Of a DNA stretch of 64,000 nucleotides, positions 57,250-64,000 are shown piece after piece (position 1 is the stretch's first letter; each line of letters starts with the position of its first letter). The notes below the pieces were generated by a model. That model was given only the letters and a program-made list of their open reading frames with translations, searched no databases and had not been told where the DNA came from. Source of the DNA: an uncultured Gemmatimonadales bacterium (GTDB taxonomy: Bacteria; Gemmatimonadota; Gemmatimonadetes; Longimicrobiales; RSA9); assembly GCA_963798085.1 (NCBI GenBank), contig CAWCRS010000007.1:256001-320000 (forward strand), in the 5' to 3' direction. The position numbers and the translations under genes are program-made.

Positions 57250-58217
57250 TTGAAAGCACGCGTCATCGGCGGCGTGGTGGCACTCTGGCTGCTCGTCGCG
57301 CTGGTGTGGGCCAGTCAAGACCGTGTTCGGCAGCAACCTGCAGGGTTCGCCCATCACGGCGGCCGCGGCGCTGCGCAGCACGCTCGGCGACACACTGGCG
57401 TGGATCCCCATCACGCTCGCCGTCATCGCGCTGGCCCATCGCTTTCCGGTCACACGCACACGCTGGCACCGCACCATCTGGATCCACATCGTCGCCTGCG
57501 CGCTGCTGGTCTACTGCGAGAACATCATCGTGGTGCTCACGTACCGGGCGACGCAACCGGGGCTCCCGCCGCTCGCATTGATCCTGCGACAGGGTCTGTA
57601 CTGGACCGCGCTGCGTGCACACGTCGGCGCACTCGTGTGCGTCGCGGTTGCGGCGAGCACGCAGGCCATCGGCTACTATCGCGAAACGCGTGCGCGCGAG
57701 CTGCGCCTGGCCCGGCTCGAGGGCCAGCTGGCGAGAGCCCGCCTCGAATGCGCTGACCGCGCAGATCCGGCCGCATTTCCTTTTCAACACGCTGCACACC
57801 ATCGGTCACCTGTGGCGCTCCGGCCGCAGCGATGATGCCGACATCATGCTCTACCATCTGCGCGCACTCTTCCAGCGCGTACGGCAGTGCACGTCGCGCC
57901 CGCTCGTGAGCCTGGATGAAGAGCTGGAAATGGTGGCGGACTATCTGGCCATCGAGGAAGCCCGCTTCCCCGACCGGCTGCGCGTCCGGGTAAGCGCGGA
58001 CGAATCGGCCAGGGCGTGCGCCGTGCCGCCGCTCCTGCTCCAGCCACTGGTGGAAAATGCCGTTCGCCATGGCGTCGCCGCTTCGGCCGCGGCGGGCGAG
58101 GTGGCCGTGCGCGCGAGCACGGATGGCGAACGCCTGGTCCTGCTCATCGACGATGATGGGCCGGGCATGGACCATGGCGGCGCCACCCGCGGCAGCGGCA
58201 CCGGCCTGGCCAATTGA
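57250..58217 (+). pseudogene. LytS-family sensor histidine kinase, two frameshifts and C-terminal truncation
   Basis: TM region, QIRPHFLFNTLH, LQPLVENAVRHG, DDGPG, GTGLAN; frameshifts near 57318 and 57748. Confidence 0.8.
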
Positions 58218-58814
58218 CGTGCCCGCGCCACCGTCCTGGTCACTGCGCACGACGAGCACGCCCTGCGTGCCTTCGAAGTGCACGCGCTCGATTCCGTGCT
58301 CAAGCCCTTCGGCCGGCCGCGCTTCCGCAGCGCCGTTCAGCGCGCCCTGTGTCGTCTCGAAGCCGACGACGCTTTTTCATTGCAGCGCACGCTCGCTTCG
58401 CTCGTACACAGTCGCCGGGACGGGCACAGCGCCGCGGCCCTGGCCGAACTGGTGGGCGCCGAACGCAGCACGACACCGCGGCTGGCGCGCTTCGCCATCC
58501 GCCGCAACGCACGCACCGTGATCGTCAGCGCCGAGGAAGTCGACTGGGTCGAGGCGGAGGGCGACTACGCCCGCCTGCACGTGGGCGATACGTCGCACCT
58601 GGTGAACGATCGCATGCACGCGCTGGCGCTGCGCCTCAATGCCGCCCGCTTCCTGCGCATCCACCGCTCCACCATCGTGAATCTGGAGCGCATTCGCGAG
58701 CTGCGCCGCACCGAGGATGGCGGCGGCATGGTCCTGCTCACCACCGGCGTGCAGCTGCGCGTCGCACGCAACCGCTGGAGCGCGCTGCAGCACGCGCTCG
58801 AGCTGGATCACTGA
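58218..58814 (+). pseudogene. LytTR response regulator lacking the N-terminal half of the receiver
   Basis: VTAHDEHALRAFEVHALDSVLKPF and a LytTR domain (FLRIHRSTIVN), but no DD pair or phospho-Asp segment. Confidence 0.8.
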
Positions 58815-58912
58815 AGAGAATCGTCGCCTGCAACAAACACGCTGTCAGGAAACACGGCAGGTTGGTCCGATGAAGGCCGGCGCCGCACGACAGTGCGTTC
58901 CAGGCCCGGCCT

Positions 58913-59305
58913 CTACGTGGTGCGCCGCGTCGAACGCGCGCGGTTCGTTCCACGCACGGGAATCGTGCGCGCCGGATTGCCCCGCAGCACGCCGCTCCAG
59001 TCGCGCGCCTCCCGCTCCAGACGCCCGCACAGGATGTCGCACACACGGAAGACTTCCTCGTCGCTCAGCTTGTACAGCACGTTGAGGCCTTCCTTGCGCC
59101 GCGTCAGGAAGCCGTGCTGGTGCAGCACGCGCAGGTGCTTCGACAGGTTCGCCTGGCCCAGCCCCGTCTCCTCCATCAGATCGCTGACACTGCGTTCACC
59201 GTTCAGCAGTGTCGCCAGGATCGTGAGCCGGTTGGGCTCGCCCAGCGCCCTGAACCGCTCGGCCAGCCGTTCCAGCACGGGTCGTGTGAGTGGCAGTGAT
59301 GGCAC
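58913..59305 (-). CDS. ArsR/SmtB family transcriptional regulator
   Basis: FRALGEPNRL.IL, QANLSKHL, RRKEG, VCDILC; RBS aagggag before GTG 59305. Confidence 0.88.
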   Translation of the reverse strand: MPSLPLTRPVLERLAERFRALGEPNRLTILATLLNGERSVSDLMEETGLGQANLSKHLRVLHQHGFLTRRKEGLNVLYKLSDEEVFRVCDILCGRLEREARDWSGVLRGNPARTIPVRGTNRARSTRRTT

Positions 59306-59331
59306 GGGGGTCTCCCTTCGGGGACTAAACA

Positions 59332-59365
59332 ACTATATGGTAATGTAGTCGGCCAGGGCCGTCAA
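59332..59365 (-). promoter_or_regulatory. Sigma70 promoter of the ArsR gene overlapped by a palindromic operator
   Basis: Minus strand TTGACG-N17-TACCAT; ACTATAT-ggta-ATGTAGT inverted repeat (59332-59349) covers the -10. Confidence 0.7.
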
Positions 59366-59531
59366 GGCCAACCACCACCACCCCCAAACACGCAACACAA
59401 GCGAAACCGCAGACCGGCAGGCCGCGGGGGAACGGCGCGGGACGACCCGCGCGCCGACTCTGGCACGGTCGCGGCATGCAGCGTACACTTTGCGACGAAA
59501 CCCTCTTCCTTCATTCGTCACGGAGTAGCCC

Positions 59532-60815
59532 ATGCGTTCCATCACATGCGCGCTCGTGTGCGGCGGGCTCGGCGTGCTGCTGAGCAGCGGCGCCATGGCG
59601 CAGGGCGGCGGCATGGCGGGCGCCGCGCAGGATGACGATCCCGTTGCCACGCTCGTGGGCCGGCTGGATCTCGAGTTGTACAAGGCGAACATCAGGGGGC
59701 TCACGCAATTTGGCGATCGCCGCCAGGGCACGGACCGCAATCGCGCTGCGGTGGACTGGATCGAGGCACAACTGAAGAGCTTCGGCTGCACGAACACCGA
59801 ACGCGTTCGTTACGAGTACGCGCCGCCGCCGCCGCGTGGCCGCGGCGCGGGCGCCGCACGTGGCGACAGCGCGGCCGGTCGCGGTGCGCAGGGACGCGCA
59901 GGTGGGGGAAGGGCTGCCGGCGGCGCGGCAGGACGCGGCGCAACGCAAGGGCAGGGTGGCAGCCGCATTCGTGGCATTCGTGCGCGCACGGGCGTGAACA
60001 ATGATTCCATGGCGCAGCCGGATGCTCGCCTGCGCGCGCTCGACTCGCAGCCATCCTCGCCGGGTGTGCGCGAGGAAGTGTTCTGCACGAAGGTCGGCAC
60101 AACGCATCCCGGGGAAATGTACATCGTGGGTGGTCACATGGACGGCATTGGCTGGGGCGAGGCCGCGAATGACGACGGTTCGGGCACGGCGCTCGTGATG
60201 CAGCTGGCGCGCGTGTTCAGCCGGCCCGATGTGCAGACGGATCGCAGCATCCGCTTCGCGCTCTGGAACAACGAGGAGAGCGGACTCAACGGCGCGCGTG
60301 CCTACGTCGAGCAGCGCCAGGCGCTGCAGGGGAAGGAGGACCCGCCGGGGTCGGGGAAGTACCCGGAGCCGAAATGGCTGGGCATGATCCAGCACGACAT
60401 GATGCTGTTCGACCACGGCATGCCGCGCGCCGATGGCACGCTCAGTCCGGAGCAGCGGCCCGAGGCCGACGTGAACATCGAGTTCCAGTCTAACTCGAAG
60501 TTTGCGGAGGAATCGATGAAGCTGGCCTGGCGTTTCGCCACGGCCAACGAGAAGTATGCCACCGACTACCCGGCCGCGGTGGGCCAGCACATGACCAACA
60601 CGGATTCTGCGCCCTTCCAGGATCTGATTCCCGCCATCAGCCTGCGCGAGAACGAGCGTGGCGCCCAGATCGGCGGCGGCTGGGACCCCAACTGGCACCA
60701 GCCGACGGACCGCTACACGACGTACAGCGACAAGGATTTCCGCCTCGGTCTCAATGCGGCGCAGACCACGCTCGCCGCGCTCGCCGAGCTGACCGGCGCG
60801 ACCGTCCGCAAATAG
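59532..60815 (+). CDS. M28 family metallopeptidase, secreted
   Basis: GGHMD, ANDDGSG, NEESGL.G, HDM, TDS, WHQPTD. Confidence 0.88.
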   Translation: MRSITCALVCGGLGVLLSSGAMAQGGGMAGAAQDDDPVATLVGRLDLELYKANIRGLTQFGDRRQGTDRNRAAVDWIEAQLKSFGCTNTERVRYEYAPPPPRGRGAGAARGDSAAGRGAQGRAGGGRAAGGAAGRGATQGQGGSRIRGIRARTGVNNDSMAQPDARLRALDSQPSSPGVREEVFCTKVGTTHPGEMYIVGGHMDGIGWGEAANDDGSGTALVMQLARVFSRPDVQTDRSIRFALWNNEESGLNGARAYVEQRQALQGKEDPPGSGKYPEPKWLGMIQHDMMLFDHGMPRADGTLSPEQRPEADVNIEFQSNSKFAEESMKLAWRFATANEKYATDYPAAVGQHMTNTDSAPFQDLIPAISLRENERGAQIGGGWDPNWHQPTDRYTTYSDKDFRLGLNAAQTTLAALAELTGATVRK

Positions 60816-60821
60816 CGCGGT

Positions 60822-61301
60822 TCAATCGCTGCCGGGAGCGTCCGCGGGCAGGCTGATGCGCAGCTGGCCGGTGCGCGCGTCGTATGCGGTGTCGTAGCGT
60901 CCCAGCGGAAACCGCGCCGGGCCCTTGTGCACGTGACCCTGCAGATCGAACTGCGAGCCGTGGCAGGGGCACGTGATCAGGCCGCCTGCGGGTGGATTCA
61001 GTGGACAGCCCTCGTGCGTGCACTGCATGGACCAGGCGACAAAGTGATTCCGCGTCCTGCGCACGATCAGAATACCCGCGCCGTCGGGCCCCGGCTGCGC
61101 CACGACGAGCGAATCGCCGTCCCGGGCCAGCCCGGCGACAGCGATGGTCGTCGCAAATCGCGCGTTAGGCGGGCGGCCGTGCAGCACGCGGGCGCAGCCC
61201 TCCGCCAGCAGAGCGGCGGCGGACACGCAGACACGGGCCACGGCCCGGCCCAGTCGTCCGGCGAAATCCCGGCGCGTCACTCCGGGCGCAGACAGGGTCA
61301 A
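60822..61301 (-). CDS. Tat-exported Rieske [2Fe-2S] protein
   Basis: TRRDF, CTHEGC, CPCHGSQF; 4-nt overlap with the upstream gene. Confidence 0.85.
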   Translation of the reverse strand: MTLSAPGVTRRDFAGRLGRAVARVCVSAAALLAEGCARVLHGRPPNARFATTIAVAGLARDGDSLVVAQPGPDGAGILIVRRTRNHFVAWSMQCTHEGCPLNPPAGGLITCPCHGSQFDLQGHVHKGPARFPLGRYDTAYDARTGQLRISLPADAPGSD

Positions 61302-62359
61302 CCGGCCCCTCCCACTGCCACCGCAGCCATGCGCTGCGGATAACGCCCCACCTTGATGCGCGCCAGCTCCTTGTGCGTGGCGAGATCGATCACCGACACG
61401 TCATCGGAGCCGCGATTGCTGACGTACGCGTGCCGCCCATCGGGTGTGAGCGTCACCCAGTTGGGATCGTGGCCCACCGGTACGGTAGCCACCAGCGCCA
61501 GGTCGGGCAGCGAATAGATCGCAGTCATGTCGACAATGCTGCCGTTGGCGATGAGGTAGTTGCCGTCCGCCGTGATGCGCAGGCCGTGGTTCACGTCCAC
61601 TGGCATGCTGTCGGGCAGGGCGAGGCCCGCGGGCACCGGCAGCGCCACCCGGCGTACTGTCTCCCCGCTCTGCGCATCCGCAACGACAAAACCGTGATAG
61701 TGCGAGAGCTGCACGAAGATGCGGCTCTCATCGTGGCTCACCGCGATGGGGCGCACGTTGGCGCCGAACGGTATGCGGCGCAGCACCGCCCTCGTTCGCG
61801 CGTCGAATACCACCACATCGGTCCCGCGAATCAATCCGACGTACACCTGCCGTCCGTCGCGCGACACATCGATGTCGTGCGGGCCCGGCCCCACCTGTAC
61901 GCTGTCCACCACCGCCTTGCGTGCCGGGTCGACGATGTCGACATACCCGGTCGACACGATGGTCACGTAGATGCGCTGGCCGTCGGGCGACACGGCCACG
62001 TGATTCGGTGCGCCGCGCAGCGGCGCCCGCCACAGCACTTTCAGCCGCACCGGATCGATGGCGACGATTTCGCCGTTGCCTGAAGGCCGGCCATCATCGC
62101 GCCGCACAATGCGGCTCAGGTAGAGAACGTCGCCCGCGGGTGAGGGCACAATGTCGTCCGGCGAAAGACCCACCGGAAGTGTGCCGGTCACCGTGAGCGT
62201 CGCGTCGTCGATTACGGATACATCGCCGCTGTTAGTATTCTCCACGAACAGCAGCTGCCGGCGTTGCGCACGCACCGCGGAGCCCATCAGCAGCGCTGCC
62301 AGAGCGAGGCCGCACGCGAAGCGCGTGGATCGGGATGGAACGCAGCAGATACGTGTCAT
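61298..62359 (-). CDS. YVTN/YncE beta-propeller protein, secreted
   Basis: Repeats VG..P...SPDG..+YV; VSVID. Confidence 0.85.
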   Translation of the reverse strand: MTRICCVPSRSTRFACGLALAALLMGSAVRAQRRQLLFVENTNSGDVSVIDDATLTVTGTLPVGLSPDDIVPSPAGDVLYLSRIVRRDDGRPSGNGEIVAIDPVRLKVLWRAPLRGAPNHVAVSPDGQRIYVTIVSTGYVDIVDPARKAVVDSVQVGPGPHDIDVSRDGRQVYVGLIRGTDVVVFDARTRAVLRRIPFGANVRPIAVSHDESRIFVQLSHYHGFVVADAQSGETVRRVALPVPAGLALPDSMPVDVNHGLRITADGNYLIANGSIVDMTAIYSLPDLALVATVPVGHDPNWVTLTPDGRHAYVSNRGSDDVSVIDLATHKELARIKVGRYPQRMAAVAVGGAG

Positions 62360-62507
62360 GCCGCTCCTCCGTGCAGAGGGTGGGCGGTGTGGCGGGGTCA
62401 CCACCAAGATGCGCCGTGCGCGCCGGCCCGCCAGCCCCGCCTCGCCTTGCCGCGAGTCCGCCGCAAGGGCATCTTCGGATACACACCCTGTCGATGGGAA
62501 GCGATCG

Positions 62508-63083
62508 ATGGAAGGCAGCCAGGGCGGCGATGTCACACGTCTGCTCATCGCCTGGAGCGGAGGCGATGACGCTGCGCTCAACCGGCTGATCCCTCTCGTA
62601 TACGCCGAGCTGCACAACATCGCAGGCCGCCAGCTCCGCGACGAGCACGCTGCCGACACCTTCCAGACCACGGCACTGATTCACGAGGCCTATCTGCGTC
62701 TCGTCGGCGCCGATGTCGAGTGGGAAGGCCGCCGGCATTTCCTCGCCATCGCCTCCAACACCATGCGCCGCGTGCTCGTCGACCACGCCCGCGCCCGAGC
62801 CCGGGTGAAGCGCGGCGGCGGCGACGCCGTGTCGGTAACACTGACCGAACGGCTCCACGCCGACGATGAGGGCGGCGATCCCATGGATGTGCTCGCACTC
62901 AATGAAGCACTCGAGCGCCTGACTGCCATCGATGAACGCAAGGCGAGGATCATCGAGCTGCACCATTTCGGTGGCCTCAACTACGAGGAGATCGCCGGCG
63001 TCGTCGGCATCTCGCCCGCCACCGTCCACCGCGAGCTGCGCCTCGCCCGCGCCTGGCTGTTCAACGAGCTGAACCCGGATTGA
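62508..63083 (+). CDS. ECF sigma-70 factor of the kinase-associated type
   Basis: VTRLL.AW..GD, QTTALIHEAYLRL, MRRVLVDHAR, ARAWL. Confidence 0.9.
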   Translation: MEGSQGGDVTRLLIAWSGGDDAALNRLIPLVYAELHNIAGRQLRDEHAADTFQTTALIHEAYLRLVGADVEWEGRRHFLAIASNTMRRVLVDHARARARVKRGGGDAVSVTLTERLHADDEGGDPMDVLALNEALERLTAIDERKARIIELHHFGGLNYEEIAGVVGISPATVHRELRLARAWLFNELNPD

Positions 63084-63087
63084 GCGC

Positions 63088-64000
63088 ATGACGAACGAGC
63101 GCTGGGAGCGCATCCAGCGGCTCTTCGAGCAGGCCATCGACCTGGATCCAGACGCGCGTCGTCGCTTCCTCACGCGCGAGTGCGGCGCCGATGAGGTGCT
63201 GCGCATTGCCGTCGAACGACTGCTGCGTGCCGAGCGCGAATCGGCGCAACACGAGTTCATCGGCGACGCCATTCGCAACGCAGCCCTCGCCATGGCGCCG
63301 CAATCCGTTCAGGCAGGCGCTCGCCTCGACGAGTATCGCCTCGTCCGCGAGCTGGGACGCGGCGGCATGGGCGCCGTCTGGCTGGCCGAGCGCGCCGACG
63401 GCGCCTACAACGCGCTCGTCGCCGTCAAGCTGGTACAGGGTGGCTTCGCCAATCCCGAAGTCGAACGCCGCTTCCGCATCGAGCGGCAGATCCTCGCCGA
63501 CCTGACGCACGCCAGCATCGCTCGCCTGGTGGACGGCGGCGCCACACCCGATGGTACGCCGTACCTCGTGATGGAGTACGTCGACGGCCAGCCGATCACG
63601 GCGTGGGTGAAACAGCAGGCGCTCGACCTGAACGCCCGGCTGCGCCTCTTCCTCACCGTGTGCGATGCCGTACAGTACGCGCACGCATCCCTCATCGTGC
63701 ACCGCGATCTCAAGCCGTCCAATATCCTGGTGCGCGCCGATGGCGTTGCCAAGCTCGTCGATTTCGGCATCGCCAAGCTGCTCGCGCCCGACGCGCCCGG
63801 CGCAGTGCAGACCATGTCCATGGTGCGTGTGCTCACGCCGTCACACGCCAGCCCGGAGCAGCTGGAAGGCAGGCGCATCACCGCGGCCGTCGATGTGTAC
63901 GCGCTGGGCCTGCTGCTCTACGAGCTGCTCACGGGCGTGCACCCGTTCCTCGCGGATCGCCCGCCACCACTCGAGCTGCGCCGCCGCATCCTCGAGGATG
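63088..64000 (+). CDS. Hanks-type Ser/Thr protein kinase, partial (runs off the window)
   Basis: Open frame from ATG 63088: LGRGGMGAV, VAVK, ERQILA, HRDLKPSN, DFG, ASPEQ, DVYALG. Confidence 0.92.
   Translation, partial: MTNERWERIQRLFEQAIDLDPDARRRFLTRECGADEVLRIAVERLLRAERESAQHEFIGDAIRNAALAMAPQSVQAGARLDEYRLVRELGRGGMGAVWLAERADGAYNALVAVKLVQGGFANPEVERRFRIERQILADLTHASIARLVDGGATPDGTPYLVMEYVDGQPITAWVKQQALDLNARLRLFLTVCDAVQYAHASLIVHRDLKPSNILVRADGVAKLVDFGIAKLLAPDAPGAVQTMSMVRVLTPSHASPEQLEGRRITAAVDVYALGLLLYELLTGVHPFLADRPPPLELRRRILED

Noticed and set aside
58215..58217. In-frame TGA as selenocysteine
   Set aside because: The position is not a Cys-equivalent site, there is no evident SECIS, and the surrounding gene is otherwise damaged.
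59461..59476. Sigma54-like TGGCAC...GC upstream of the M28 peptidase
   Set aside because: The -12 element is CGGC rather than TTGC and no activator is nearby.

Overview
High-GC bacterial chromosomal segment. Gene content (PorV-family and GWxTD proteins, futalosine-pathway mqnD, ECF sigma plus Ser/Thr kinase, carboxypeptidase-regulatory/plug proteins) suggests Gemmatimonadota or a related lineage; this is inference only. About 56 genes are supported. I found no rRNA, tRNA, CRISPR array or transposase. Layout: (i) 1-3.2 kb, end of a T9SS-like envelope operon; (ii) 3.4-9.3 kb, an SPT/KBL-like PLP enzyme and a Zn dehydrogenase, divergent from a Tat lipoprotein and GMC oxidoreductase, separated by a ~290 bp repeat element; (iii) 9.5-29.6 kb, mixed housekeeping (RidA/Thr dehydratase, DHH, E1-alpha, Nudix, queE, proline dehydrogenase, MazG, GT2, mqnD, queG); (iv) 29.8-50.5 kb, a hemicellulose/pentose region with CE15, GntP, Weimberg-type enzymes, GH3, a galT-IMPase-plant-type arabinokinase operon and a 3-ketoglycoside-type dehydrogenase operon; (v) 50.5-64 kb, signalling and miscellaneous genes including a decaying 55.5-58.8 kb patch. 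The best candidate for an undescribed system is the galT/IMPase/ARA1-like kinase operon, a possible Leloir-type route for pentoses feeding the adjacent oxidative xylose pathway. Seven single-base frameshifts look like long-read errors, and four of them coincide with the pentamer GAATG. All product calls come from motif recognition; no database search was run.
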